Of a stretch of 64,000 nucleotides of DNA, positions 1 to 13,350 are shown piece after piece. The position numbers were made by a program, and so were the translations under genes. Position 1 is the stretch's first letter. Every line of letters begins with the position of its first letter. Below the pieces are notes generated by a model, which was not told the DNA's origin, did not search any database, and saw nothing but the letters and a program-made list of their open reading frames with translations. Origin of the DNA: Scenedesmus sp. PABB004 (lineage: Eukaryota); assembly GCA_014905635.1 (NCBI GenBank), contig JABVCE010000002.1:744001-808000 (forward strand), in the 5' to 3' direction.

Positions 1-3000
1 CGCACGCCGTGGTCGAGTCTGTGGGCCTGGCCGTCGACGGCGCGCGCGCGTCGCTGGCCGCGCTGCAGAGCGGCGCGCTCGCGTCGGTGTCGGCGGCGGT
101 GCGGGGCCTGCAGAGCGACGAGGTCATCAACGGCGCGCTCGCCGACATCGGCTCGGGCGTGCACGGCGCCGGCACCGCGCTGATCGAGACGAGCGCCACT
201 CGCTGGGAGGTCTTTGCCTACAGGCTCAGCCAGCTGCTCGCGCTGCCCGCGTACGGCAAGGTGACGGCCGCTGGGGCGCGCCGCCGCGTGGCGCGCCACC
301 CCGCGCGCCCGCGCGGCCACGCCCCTCCGCGCTCGCTCGCTCACTTGCTCGCGCGCTCTCCCGCAGGTCCTCACCGTCATCGCCTTTGTCGCGCCCGTGG
401 TGCTGCTCGGCGCGCTCGCGTACCAGCGCGCCGCGGGCGCGACGTGGGGCGAGGCGCTCAAGCGCGCGTTCGCGCTGACCGTGTCGCTGCCGAGCTCGGG
501 CCACTCGGTGGAGAGCAACAGCGGCCGCGTCGCCGCGGACGTGGTCCTGCACATCCTCTTCCTCTGCCACCTCCTCATCGTCTCCGTGGTGCTCGGCGGC
601 GCCGTCGAGGACATCACGACGCGCGTGGCGCAGGTCCGCGCGCCCGCGCGCGCGCGCTGCCCGCGGCGAAACGCACGGCGGCGGCGTGTGCCGACGCGCG
701 CCGCGCGCGCGCCGCGCCGCGCAGGTGCGGTCGAGCAACGGCCCGGTGGTGGAGCGCAAGCACACGCTGCTGCTCAACTGGTCCAACGAGGCCGTGCCGG
801 CGCTGGAGCAGCTGATCCTGGCGCGCAAGGAGCTGGGCGCGGCCGCGCCGCACGGCGCGCTGGTGGTGCTCGCTGACAAGGCCAAGGACGAGCTCGACGC
901 GGCGGTCGAGGGCCTGCGCGCGTCTGGCGTGCCCGTGGTGACGCGCTCCGGCAACCCGACGCTGCCGAGCCACCTCGCGCGCGTGGCGGCGTCGCACGCC
1001 GACACCGTGCTCCTGCTCTGGCCGGGCGGCGACGACGAGGCGACCGCGTGCGCGCAGCAGGCGGCCGTGCTGGCGGCGCTGTCGTCCGCGAGCGGGCGCG
1101 ACGCGGCGCGGCAGAGGGTGGTGGTGCAGAGCGCGGGCGCGCACACCACCGACATCAACGCCGCCAAGGCGCGCGCCGCCGCGCCGGGGGGCCGCCGCTC
1201 GGCGCCGCGGGCCCGGCGCCGCCGCTCGGCCGCCGCCGCTCAGCCGCCGCCGCCGCCGCCGCGCCGTCGGCGCAGATCGCGATCGAGGCGGCGCGCTCCG
1301 CGGCGCGGCGCGACGAGGTCGTGTCGCTCTCCACGAGCGGCAGCGAGCGCACGGGCCAGATCGTGGCGCAGGTGGCCAACCAGCCGGGCATTGAGGACGT
1401 CTTTGCCGACCTGCTGGAGTACGAGGAGGGAGAGGCGGGGGCAGAGTTCTACCTCGAGCCAACCCCGGCGCACCTCGAGGGTGAGCGCCCGCCGCGCGTG
1501 CAGCGGCCGCGCCGGCCGCGCGGAGGCGGCGGCGGGGGTGTGCCGCGCGCGCGCCGTGCCGCACGAGACGCGCGCCGCGCCGCCCGCCGCCCGCGTCGTC
1601 GCAGGCAAGAGCTACCAGTTTGCGCGGCGCTGCTACGACGGCGCGGTGCTGGTCGGCTTTGTGGACGGCGGCGGCGCGCTGACGCTCAACCCGCGCGACA
1701 ACGCCAAGGTGCCGCCCGGCGCGCGGCTCGTGTTTGTCGCGCGCAACGAGGACGCGGTGGTGCCGCGCGACGCGCCCTACCCGGTGCGCGCCGCGCGCTG
1801 GCGGGAGGGGGTTGGGGGCGCGCGTGCGCGCACCGGGTAAGGCGCGCCGCGGCGGCGCCCCGACGCGTCCGCGCCCCGGCCGCCGGCGGCGGCGCCGCGC
1901 GCCGCGCGCCGCAGACGGGCAAGGTCAAGCTGCGCGGCCGCGCCAGCAGCGCCGCGCCGGCGCGCAACATCACGGTCCTGGGCTTTGACGGCGGCGCCGA
2001 CGTGACAGACACGGTCAAGGCGCTCGCCGAGTTCAGCGGCCGCGGGTCGGTCATCACGCTCGTCACAAAGTGCGTGGCAGCGGGCGGGCCGCGCTCCGCC
2101 CGGCGGCGGCGGTGGTGGTGCCGAGGCTGACCGCGCCGCGCCGCGCCGGCCGCAGGTCGCCCGACGTCGCGGCGCTGCGCAAGATCCGCGCGCGCGGCGT
2201 CGCCGTGCGCACGCTCGCGGGCTGCCCCAACAGCCGCGCGCTGCTCGCGTCGCGCGACGCGCGGCTCGACGCGGCCGACAGCGTCGTGCTCTGCGGCCTC
2301 GCCGGCCGCGAGGCGGCGGCGGCCGACATGCAGGTCGTCGCGTCGGTGCTGCAGCTGCAGGCGCTCGCCGCGGCGCAGCCCAAGCGTGCGGCGCCGCTCG
2401 CGATCGTCGCGACGCTCGGCAACGCCGAGACGGAGGAGGTGCTGTGGTCCGCCACGCTGCGCCACCACAACGAGCGCCGCGCCGCGGCGGCGTCCGCGGC
2501 GGCCGCCGCGGCCGCGGCGGCCGAGGCCAAGGGCAAGAAGGCGCCGCCCGCGTCCGCGCCCGTCGCGCCGGCGGTGTCGCTGCACCTGCTGCGCCCCGGC
2601 CACCTTATGGGCGGCATGCTGGCCCAGGTGCGACGCGCCGCGCCGCGCCGCGCAGCGCAGCGGCGGGGGCTGATGCTGCTGCGAGCGGGGCGTCCGGCGC
2701 CCCGCGCGAGCCGCGCCCTCGCCCGAACGGGCCACGCGGCGCGCCCGAGCGCCCCCGCCCGCGTCGCCGCCCGCCGCCGGCGCCGCCGCCGCCGGCGCCG
2801 CGCAGACGGCGTGCGCGCCGCAGCTGTCGGCTGTGTTCAAGGAGCTCTTTGCCGACGCGGCGGGCGCGGAGCTCTACCTGCGCGACCCGGCCAAGGCCTT
2901 CCGCCTGCCGCCGGCGACCGAGCTCGCGTGGGCCGACGTCGTCGAGGCGGTGCGCAAGCGCGGCGAGACGGCGCTCGGCGTGCTGCTCGCGCCGCGCGGC

Positions 3001-3096
3001 GGCGCGCTCTGGCCCGAGGCGCGCCTGGGGCTGGGCGCGGCGGAGCGCGTCGCGCTCGGGCCGCGCGACCGCCTGGTGGTCATCGCGGCGGAGTGA
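1..3096 (+). CDS. CASTOR/POLLUX (DMI1)-like cation channel, multi-exon, 5' end outside window
   Basis: Exons give a TM-pore-TM segment, then NGPVVERKHTLLLNWS..LVVLADKAKDELD..VVTRSGNP..VAASHADTVLLL, QPGIEDVFADLLEYEEGEAGAEFY, LTLNPRD and terminal RDRLVVIAAE*, the RCK-like layout of the POLLUX family. Confidence 0.8.
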
Positions 3097-4014
3097 GCGG
3101 CCAGCTTGAGCGGCGGCGGCCGCGGGGCGTCCGCTGGCGTGTGTGTGTGTGGGGGGGGGATCATTGATCCTGACACGACGACACGCAGCATTGACGCCGC
3201 GCTGACCGATTGACTAGCGTGACTACCTTTGCGCACAACGCACAACGCACGCTGGGGTGGCGGTCCTTCATATGCTTCTTTGTTCAACTCTCAAGCACTT
3301 GCGTGGGCACCTGCGCGCGCGTACGCGTGGTGTGTGCAAGTCCCGCGGCGCGGGCACGCCGCCGCGCCGCGGCGCGCGCCGCGGCGGCGGCGCGCCTGCG
3401 CCGCCCAGCAACACAGTTAACAACAACTCAGGCGCCGCGCCGCGTGACCTCAGAGGCTCTCTCGCCGCCAGCGGCGCCACTGGCTGGCACCAGCCACGGC
3501 GCCGCGCCGCAGCGGCACCCTCCGCATTGATCAAGTGCGTTCGACCCCCTCCGCGATGCCTTCTCTGATCGCCGACTGCCCCGCACGCGCGGCGTGCGCC
3601 GCGCCTGCGCAAACACACAGACCGTGCGCCGCCACAGACACATACGCAGTGCTGCCGCCACCTGCACGCCCTCGGCTCACCGCGAGGCTGCCGGTGCCGC
3701 CCTGATCTGGGAGGAGGCGGCCGGTGCGTCCTGCCTGCCGCCGCCCCCTGCGTCTGCCTCTGCCTGCCCCGCGCCCGCCCTGCCCCGCGCCGCATGCGTG
3801 CTGCCTGGTCGCCCGCCGCAATGCCGGATGCCGGCATGCACTCAGTCCCGCGGCACCTTTTCGCCCGCCTTTCTTCCCCCGCGTGTGATCGCGCTCGTGC
3901 AGCTGCACGCCGCACTCTTCAACCCACACCCCCTCCCCTGCTTCCTCGCCCGTGCGCGAGAGGTGCGCGCGCGCGCGCGTGCGCGCTGCGCGCTGCGCGC
4001 TGCGCGCTGCGGCA

Positions 4015-6817
4015 TCACGACGGCGCCGCCACTGCCGCCTCCGCTCCCTCCGCCGCCGCCCCGCCCTCGCGCGGCGGCTCGGGGCCGCCCAGCCGCGCGG
4101 CGGGCGCACGGTCGTCCCCCGCCTGAGCCGGCTCGCCCGCCGCCTGCAGCTGCTCGCCCGCCGGCGGGGCTGGGCCGGTGAGGCCGTCGTCGTCGTAGGC
4201 CACAGCACACGCGCGCGGGGGCGGCCAGAACGCAAACATGTCGGGCGCGCGCGCCTCGCCCAGCATGAGCAGCCGCGGCGAGTCGCCGTCGTCGCTGACC
4301 GCCGGCTCGGGCGCGGCCTTGGGCTGGAGCTGAGGCGCGTGCGCGGGGCCCGCAGCCGCAGCGCCGCGCCCGCCGCCGCCGCGCGCGCCGCGGGGCCGTG
4401 GCGCGGCGCGGCTGCGGCCGCTGGTGACGCCGGGCGAGCCCATCATTACCTGGCTGCTCACTGTGCTGACGTGCGAGGCCGCGCCGCCGCCGGGCGCGGG
4501 GTGCCAGGCGGCGGGGCCACGGCCTGGCCGAACAGCTGCGGCGTGGGGCCGCCGAGGTGGGTGCTGCCGACACGCGAGAACTTGGCCGCGACGGCGGGCC
4601 CCAGCAGCAGCGGCTGGCCAGTGACGGGGTGCGTGACCGTCCGCCTGCGGGCGGGGGCGGGGCGGGCGCGTGGGGCGGCGCGGTGGCGGGCGTGCGGAAG
4701 GGGGGTGAAGGCGGTCCAGCGCAGATGCACACTCACTGCAGCTGCAGCTTGCCGCTCCCCGTGCGCAAGAGGGCCGGGCCCGGCTCCCCGGCACCCGCGC
4801 CCGGCGCCAGCGGCGGCGCGAGCAGGAGGCGCACGCGCGGGGCTCGGCCGCGGCCGCGCGCCTGCGCGCGGCCTCCGGAGGCGGCGCCGCCGGCGCCGAC
4901 GCAGCCGGCGGCGGCGGCGGCGGCCCCGGCTTCCAGTCTGGGTCGTCCTCAACCCCCGGGCGGCGCCGGGCGCCGCTTGCGCCCGGCGCGCGCCGGCCGC
5001 TGCGCGCCGCGCCCTTGGGCTTCTGAACCGCGCCCGCCGCCGCGCCGCTCAGGCCAGGGCTGCTGCGCTGGCGCTGCAGCTGCAGCGGCCCCGCAGCGGC
5101 GCCGCCGGGGGCGCCCGCCGCCGGCGGCACGCCGCTGCCCTGGCTCGCCGCGCGGCGCAGCGGCGCCGGCGCGGGCTGCTGGGCGCCGGGCGCCTGCTCG
5201 CCCAGCAGCGGGCCGTAGAAGGGGAGCTGCAGGCGGCGCTTGGCGCTGGGCCCGCTCATCTGCTGGCCGGGCTGCGCCGCAGCGGCGGGGTCGCGGGGAA
5301 CCTTAGCTCCCTCCCAGCTGCGCTTGGTGCCGCCGCCGCTCGGCGGCGGCGTGGCGGCGTCCCCCCGCCGCGTGCGCCAGCGGCGCCCGCGCGGAGCCAG
5401 CCGAGTGGAGGCTGCTGCCCTGGCTGGGGCTGCGCGGGCTGGGCAGGCCGCCGAGGGCGGCGTCCAGGTCGACGGGCTCGCCCTGCAGCAGCACGCCCGG
5501 CAGCAGCAAGTCAGTCAGCCCGCCGCCCCGGCCGCCCAGGCCGCCGTGCGGCCCGGGCCCTGGCGACGCGGGCTGCGGCGCCCAGGACGGCGCCGGCGAC
5601 GCCGCTCCGGCCAGCGCCCAGCCTGGCGGCGGCACGCCGGGCGGGAAGGGCTGCGGCAGCAGCACGCCGCCGCCCTGGCCGCCGGCCGCGAGCAGCACGT
5701 GGCCGGCCACGCCCGCCGCCAGGCCGGGGGGCAGGCCGCGCGGCAGCATCAGCCCCGCCGCCGGCGTGCCGAGCAGGCCCTGCAGCAGCGCCTTGTGGAG
5801 CTTCTGCTGCCGCTTGCGCTCCTTGCGCCGGCGCCGCTCCTCCGCCACCTGCGCGCGCAGCGCGTCGAGCTCCGCCGCCGGCACTAGCACGAGCCCCTGC
5901 CCCGCGGCGTCGGCGCCCGCGGCCGGCGGCTGCCCCGCCGCCGCCGCGGCGTGGAGGGAGGGCGGCGCGGGGCCCGGTCCGCCGCCAGCGCGGGCGGGCG
6001 GCGGCGCCAGCTCCAGGTCCGCGGCGTGCAGCGTGGCGGCGGTGCCGCCTCGCGCCACCGCCGCCGCCTGCGCGTGCCAGTGCTGCTGCAGCAGCCGCAG
6101 GCTGCGGTCGCTCTGCTGCCCGGGCGGCGGCGACGGCGCGGCGTCGTCGGCCAGCAGCAGCTCCTGGAAGCTGCAGGGCCGCCCGTGCCCGCCGCGCGGC
6201 ACGGGCGCGGCGGCCCCCGCCGCCCACGCTGCCGGCGCCGGCGCTGGCTGCTGCGCCGCCTCCAGCTGGCACTGCTGGTCCAGCATCGCGGCGACCGAGA
6301 GCGTCTCCAGCATCCGGTCGACCGCGACAAAGCCGTCTGCAGCTGCCTCGCCCGCGCGCCGCGCCGCCCAGGGCGCCGCGGGCGGCGCTGGCGCCGCGGG
6401 CGGCGCGGGCGCTGGGGGCCCCGCCGCCGCCGCCGCGTCGGGCTGCGGCCCGGGGGCGGCGCCCGCGCCCGCACCGCAGGCACGCGGCTCGTCGCCGTCC
6501 TCGCCGTCGCCGAGCAGCAGGTCCGCCAGGTCCACGTCGGCGTCGAGCGAGGTGAGGTGCAGCAGCCCTGCAGGCGGCCCGCCGCCCGCGCCACCCGCGC
6601 CGCCCGCGCCGCCCGGCTGCTGGCTCATCTGCTGGCCGGCCCCGCTGCTGCTGCTGCCGGCGGCGCCGGCCGCCGGCCGGCCGGCGCCCCACGCGGCGCT
6701 GCCGGCGCGGCCGCGGCCGCGCACGAAGACCTGCGCAAGCAGCTCACGCGCGCGCTTGGCCAGGTGGGGAGCTCGGGCTCGAGGAAGGCGGTCTTGGTGC
6801 GCATGAGGCGCTGCCAC
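4015..6817 (-). CDS. hypothetical low-complexity protein(s); gene structure unresolved
   Basis: Frames 5303-6817 and 4015-5259 have natural-looking segments (LDADVDLADLLLGD, coiled coil ELDALRAQVAEERRRRKERKRQQKLHK, VEDDPDWKP) but no recognisable domain. Confidence 0.35.
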
Positions 6818-7249
6818 GCGCCGCCGCGCCGCGCGCGGCCGCCGCGCACGCGATCACGCGCGCGGCCCCAGGCAGCGGCGTGCGGCGCCGAGCGCCGCCA
6901 TGGCCGGCGCGCCTCTCAGTCGCCTGGGTCGGTGGCTGGTGGCGCGAGGGCAGGCTGCGGGCGCCTGCGGGCGGCTGGTGGCTGGGCGGCGGCCCCAGCC
7001 AGCGGCGGCAGCGGCGGCGCGGAGCGTGGGGCGAGCGCGCCGTGCCAGGGCCGCGTGACACGCCCCAGATGAACGCAACGAGGCAGCAGCCCCGCGGTGA
7101 GCGCACCTGCTGGCCGCGGCAGCGCCGGCAGCGGCACGACTCGCTCCTTCCACGGCGCCCGGCGCGCGGCGCGGCCTGGCGGGCGCTGGTGTGGGTCGCG
7201 GGTGCGCGTGGGCGGCACGGGATGGGCGGCAGACGCGGGCAGGCGCCGC

Positions 7250-7756
7250 GCGGCTGCAAAACCGCGCCGTTTGACCGCGCGCGACAGCCGCAGATCTCGA
7301 CGAGATATTCGGCGCGGCGCGACCTGTTCCAGGGCCCGGCCTCTCACGCGCGCGCCGCCGCCGCCGCCGCCTCTGCCGCAGCGGGCAGCAGCCGGCCGAG
7401 CGCCGCGAGCGCGTGCACCGCGCCCGCCGCGGCCAGCAGGCCGCCGTCCAGCGCCGCCGGCAGCGCGAGCGCCGCGCAGCGCGACAGCCCGAGCGCGCCG
7501 CCCACGGCCGCGCCGAGCGCGTGCCCGCCGCCCCGCGGCGGCCGCCGCGCAGCCGCCCCGCGCCGCGGCCGCGAGGCCCGCGCAGGCGGCGCCCAGCGCC
7601 GGCGCGTGCGCCTGCAGGAGCACCGCGCCCGCGGCGCACAGGCAGCCCAGCCGCAGCGCGTTGCCGCACAGCTGCAGCGCGCGCAGCGCGCTCACGCCTC
7701 CCCGCCGCGAGCACGCCGCGGTGCCGCCGCCGCCGCCGCCGCCGCCGCTCCCAGGG

Positions 7757-7790
<34 letters not shown>

Positions 7791-8313
7791 GGTCGCCGCC
7801 GGTCGTCCACCATCCGCGCGAGCCGGCCGCCGCCGCCCAGCGAGCGCGGTGCACGGCGCGTCGCCCGGCGCGGCCCGCCGCGGCCGGCGCTGCGCCCACG
7901 CCGCGAGCGCGAGCGCGGGCGTAGCCCTCGGCCGCGAGGCTGCCGACGCACGTCAGCAGCAGCAGCACCACCAGCAGCAGCGGCGCCGCTGGCACGGCGC
8001 CCGCGGCGAGGCGGTGCGCGTGCCGCGCCGCCAGCAGCAGCGGCGGCAGCACCGCCAGCGCCATCGCCGCCCAGGGCGGCCAGGGGCCCGCCGGCGGCCG
8101 GCCGCGCGCGGACGCGCGGCCGCCGCGCAGCTGCCGCAGCTGCCGAATGCGGCCGACCGCGAGTTCGGCGAGCTCAGCGATGTCGAGCAGCACCAGCAGC
8201 GGCGCCGCGCCCAGCGCCGCCGCGCCCAGCAGCAGCCGCTGCGCAGCGGCGGCGCGCCGCGCGGCGCGGCGCGACGCGCCCACGCCCGCCGCGGGTCGCT
8301 GCAGCGCCGTCAT
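7250..8313 (-). CDS. hypothetical multi-pass membrane protein, boundaries approximate
   Basis: ATG at 8313 opens a frame with several hydrophobic stretches (LLLGAAALGAAPLLVLLDI, ALAVLPPLLLA, PLLLVVLLLLTCVGSL). Confidence 0.35.
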
Positions 8314-9041
8314 GTCTGCCGGCCCGCCGCCGGCGCCCGGCTGCGGTCCCGCGGCGCCCGGGTGCTGCAGCGCGAGCGCGCCGCTGCGGCACGCGCCGCC
8401 CCGCCGCCGGCGGGCCGCCGCTGCTGCGCCTGGCGCCGCAGGGCTGCCACGGCAATGGGGGACTGCTCTGACGCTCTGGGCGGCAGCACACTGGCCAGCG
8501 AGCATGCCTGCGCGGGGCGGCCGCTGCCGGTGCGCACGCACGGGGGCGCTGCTGCCGCCGGCGCGAATGATGATGAGGGCGCGTGGATTCGCGGGTGCTG
8601 GAGCGCCGCCAGAATAGATCGCTGGCGGCGGCGTGGCGATCACACAGGCTCACGCGGTTTGGACGCTGCGCCGCTGCGCCGCCGCCGCGGCTCGGCTGCC
8701 TCTGCCCGCATCGCCCGAGCTCACCACGCACTCCTCGACACCGGGACACGGCCTGGACACACGCGTGTGGTCCCGGGATTCGTGTCCAGCCCTGCCGGCG
8801 GGTGGCACCTGCCTCTCCCGACATCAGCGGGTCGCGCAGCCGGCTGCACGCACGGCCGGGACGCGCCCCGAGATCCCACCCGCGTCCAGGACGAGCGGGG
8901 CGCCTCGCCGCAGCGGCGGCGGCGCGCCCGGCGCCTGCCCCGCCGCCGCGCGGCCCGCGGCGGCCGCCCCGGCTACCCGCACCGCCCCTGATCCGCGCCA
9001 TGCGCTGAGCCGCGCCTGACCGGGCGGCAGCACGCCGCGAC

Positions 9042-10123
9042 ATGGCGACGCGGCGGCAGCAGCGGCGCGGAGCGGCGCCACTGCTGCTGGCGCTCTGCTG
9101 CGCCGCGTGCTGCCTCGCACCTGCGGCGGCCCAGGTGCTGGGAGACGTCCTCCTCTACAACGGGTGAGGCGCCCGGCGGCGTGCGGGCGCGCCGGCGGGC
9201 GCGGCGCCCCATTCACGCCCAACCCACACGCGCGCCGCCGCCGCTGCCGCCGCGGCCGCCGCCGCCGCCGCGCAGCGACGAGGTCCAGTTCGATCCCTTC
9301 CCCGACCTGCCGGCCGACTTTGGGCCGGACGTGCCGGACGAGGGTATCGACGGCTGGCTGCGGCTCGCCGACCCGGAGGACGCGTGCACGCCGCTCACGT
9401 TCGTCGACAGGGACGCGGTCTGGGTCGCGCTCATCGCGCGCGCGCGGAACGAGGAGACGCTCGGCAACTGCACCTTTGACGTCAAGGCGCGCGCCGCGCC
9501 GACGCACGCCACCGCGCGCGCACGCCCGCGCGCGCCGCCGCGCGCCCACGGGCGGCCGCGGCGCGCCGCCGACGCTGCGCACGCGCCCCGCGCCGCGCAG
9601 GTGCGGCACGCGGAGCGCGCCGGCGCGGCGGCGGCGGTGGTGTGGGACGACGCGTACGAGGCGCTGATCATCATGAGCATGCCCCCCGGCCACGCGGCGC
9701 CGCGCATCCCGAGCGTGTTTGTGAGCGAGAAGGCCGGCCTGCTCATGCGCCGCGCGCTCGTGCCCGGCACGACGCGCGTGCGCCTGCTGCCGGTGAGCAG
9801 CAGCGCCCTGCTGAGCCTCGTCATGTCGGCGCTGCTCGCCTTCCTCGCGCTCAGCGCCGTCATGGCCACGCTCTACGTGATGCGCTCCTGGAGCGCGTGG
9901 CTCGGCCGCGCGCGCGGCCACGCCCTGCCGGGCGACCCCGGCGCCGGCGGCGACGCGGCGGCGCCCAGCCCCGCGGGCCTGCCCGCGTGCGCCATCCGCG
10001 CGCTGCCGGTCGTCGTCTACCAGGGCCCGCCCGCCCGCCCGCGCCGCTGCTCCGCGCCTGGGCCGCCCGCGCGGCGCACGGCCTCGCTCGCCGCGCCGCC
10101 CGCCGCCGCGCGGAGCCGGCTCA

Positions 10124-10175
<52 letters not shown>

Positions 10176-11244
10176 GGCGCTCCTCGCCGCCGCCGGCGGC
10201 GTGCACCTGCTGTCGTCGTCCGCGCCCGCGGCGGCGTGCGGCGGCGTTGCGCCGCCCTTTGCGGCGGGCCTGCGTCCGCCGCAGCAGGGCGCGGCGCAGC
10301 TGGAGGGGGAGGGGGAGGCTGACGCGGAGGGGGCAGAGCAGGAGGAGCTGGCGGCGGCGGGGCTGCCGTGTCCGTCGGGCGGCAGCGACCTCTCGTCGCC
10401 GCTGCCGAGCACGGACGAGGACGAGGATGGCCTGGGCCCCGCGGGCGCGCGCGGTGGCGCCACGCGGCGCAGCTGCTGCATCTGCCTGGAGCGTTACGTG
10501 AACGGGGACAAGGTACGCGTGCTCCCCTGCCAGCACCGCTTCCACCAGGCCTGCATCGACGGCTGGCTCGCCGCGCGGCGGCTGTGCCCGGTGTGTAAGC
10601 ACGATGCGAGCCAGCCGCCGCCGGCGGCCGCCGCGGCCGTGGCTGCCGCCGCCGCCGCTGCCGCTGCCGCTGCGGCCGCGGCGGCGGCTGGCGGCGCGGC
10701 GCAGCCCGGCGGCGAGGGCGTGGCGGCGCACGAGGGCGCGGCGGGGCTCTTCCTCGCGTCCCACCGCTCGTGGCTGCGGCGCCTGCGCGCGCGCTTCAGG
10801 CGGCGCGAGCGCGCGCAGCTGGACGACGGCGACGGCAACGGCGTGCCCGGCGCCGGCGGCGCGGAGGGCAGGGGCCCCGACGCGGGACAGCCGCTGCAGC
10901 CGGCGGCGGCCGCGGCTCACGCCGCTGCGGCGGCGGCGGCCGATGCCGCCGAGGCGGGCCTGCTGCTGCCGGCCGGCCTGCGCGGCGGGGCGGCGGCGGG
11001 CCAGGCGCAGCGCTGGCGCCAGCGCCAGCGCTCAGCGCGTGCCGCGCGCCAGGCGGGCGAGCTGAGCGCGCCGCTGCTGGGCGGCGGCCAGGCGGGCGGC
11101 GGGCGCAGCGGCGCGGTCATGATCCCGCTGCCCGGCGCGGCGCCGCCCGCCGCCATCCCGCAGCTCACGCCCGTGCACTCGGACGCCAGCTCGTTCGGCT
11201 CGCAGGCGCCGCCGCCCTCGCGGTCGCACAGCGGCGCGGGCTGA
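9042..11244 (+). CDS. RMR-type PA-domain / TM / RING-H2 protein
   Basis: Signal peptide, PA domain ([44 protein letters not shown]), TM helix, RING-H2 [36 protein letters not shown]. Confidence 0.9.
10127..10173 (+). repeat. (GGC)n trinucleotide run encoding poly-Gly
   Basis: About 15 consecutive GGC in the RMR coding frame. Confidence 0.9.
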
Positions 11245-11557
11245 CCCGGTCAGAGGGCACTCTCATGTGTACATCGCATGAACCTGTCGTGGGCGGGTGC
11301 AGCTGGGGGCAGCTGGGGGCATTGTGTGCCTTTGTACGACCAGTGTCCCTTTGTGTTACAACTGTTGTGTGCGCGGCAGCCGATCCGGCCGTGCGGGCCG
11401 GCGTGTTGTGTGCGCGGCCGGGGCGTGTAACGCGCGCTCACGTGTGCCAACGCTCGCACAGTGTGTCTGTCGTTGCCGGTCAAACCGCCCCCTCCCCGCA
11501 GCCTGCGCCCAGCGCCGCGCAGGGCCCCCGCCCCGCCCCGTCGCGCCCCGCCCCGGC

Positions 11558-12846
11558 TCACATCATGCTGTCGGCGTCCCACGGCTGGCAGCGCGGGCTC
11601 GCGAGGTACGCGGCGATGCGGGGCCGCGCCGCGATGGACGCGGCAAACGCCTTGGCCAGCGGCGCGTCGAGCGGGCCGTACCAGTCGCCGTAGTGGTGCT
11701 CCGCCGCGGCCAGGAAGTGGTACACGCTCAGGTCTGGCCGCCCACAGGGCGCGCGACGGAGGGGGGTCAGGGCGGCGGGGTTGCGGGGGCGCGGGCTCGA
11801 CGGGGGCGTGGCGCGCGCGGGATGGCGCGAGGGCGTGGTGCGCGTGTGGCACGCACCCGCCGCCGTGACGGCATCGCCGACGAGGAAGCCGGGCGCGTCG
11901 GGCGTGCCGCCGTTGGCGCGGAGGACCGCCTCAAAGTACTGCGCGGCGCGCGGCCACGCGCCCGCGGCGACGGCGGCTGGGCGCGCAGCGCCCGCGCGGC
12001 GGCTCGCGCGTGCGCGCGCGGCGCCCCCTCCTACCCCGTCCCGATCGCGCGCCGCGCCGCGCCTGCACGTATTTGGGCAGCCTGGTGGTGGGGGCGAGGC
12101 GCGGCGGGCGTGTTGCGTGTTGCAGCGCCGCCGCCGCGCGCGCCGGCGGCCGTGCGTCGGCGCCAGGCAGCCCCCGGCCGCCGCCCCTGGCGCGCCGCGC
12201 GCCGCACCGCGTCTCGCCGTAGCGCTTGATGTATGGCTTGCTCTCCTCGACCTGGGTCTTGTGGCTCGCGTTGTGATCGACCGGGTGGAAGGCGAGGCGG
12301 CCCTCACCCACCGCGTCGGCCACGATCGCGAGCAGCTGGACGCGCGGCGCGCAGCGGCGGCGAGCGCGGGGGTCAGCGAGCGGGGCGCGGCGCGCGGCGG
12401 CGGCGCGACGCGCGGCGGCGCGCCTGGTCGATGTGCGCCTGCGCCTCGGGGGTGGGCGGGCCCCAGCCGAAGTGGCGGTTGAGATAGCTGCAGATGACGT
12501 TGGTGCCGCAGAGGGAGAAGGCGCCGCGCTGCAGCACCGGCGGGGCTCGCACGGGGAACCCCTCGTTGCCGCCCTCCCAGCAGAACGCAGCGACCGCTTT
12601 GAAGCCCTCACGCACGCCGACGTCCTCGTACGCGGCGCCGGCCTCCTCCAGCACGAGCCGGACGTACTCGCCGCGGCCTTTGATGCCTGCGGGCCGACGA
12701 CACAGGCGCGTCACGACCGCGCCGCCCGCCCGCTGCGGCGCGCGCTGCTGCCAGCGCTGCCGGCGCCGTCGGCGCGCCCCGCCCGCACCCGGCCAGTACC
12801 ACAGGCGCCAGGGATCCTCTCCGGAGGCTGGAGCGCCCGCAGCCAT
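11558..12846 (-). CDS. glutathione S-transferase
   Basis: LWYWPGIKGRGEYVRLVLEEAG, PVRAPPVLQRG, FLVGDAVTAADLSVYHFL, ARPRIAAYLASPR across about 6 exons. Confidence 0.9.
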
Positions 12847-13350
12847 CGCTCGCTGCGCCGGCGGCGGCGCGGCGCGGAGCCCACGCTGTCGAGCTGCGGC
12901 GCGTGACCAGCAGCGGGCGCCGCGAGCGCCCAGGAGCATCGGCGAGAGTCGGCAGCAGCCCGGGAGACAGATCGTACGGCTGGACGCTGCTCGTCTCCCA
13001 AGCGTTGCAACGCGCGTCGCGACGAGCTGCTGCTTCAACTTCGCGCGAACAACCCCAAGCGGTCAAGCATCCCTAGATGAGGGGCAGGCAGGCACCACGC
13101 TGCTGTGAGGGCTGCTGGCCACAAAGAGGTCAAAGAGGTGGCATGCGCCGACCTCGCGCGCAGGCACGCGCCGCGTGCTTTGTTGGCCTCGTCGTCACCG
13201 CCCCACGCACCCCGCAGCGGCCCCCGCAAGCACGGGTCAATGCAACTCCGTGCCGTCCCCCCAACACGCTGCTGCAAGTGTGCACGCGGCGCCCGCATCC
13301 CTGCGGCGGCCGCGACCAGCCAGCCTGAACTGCTGCGGCGGCGGCCGCGC

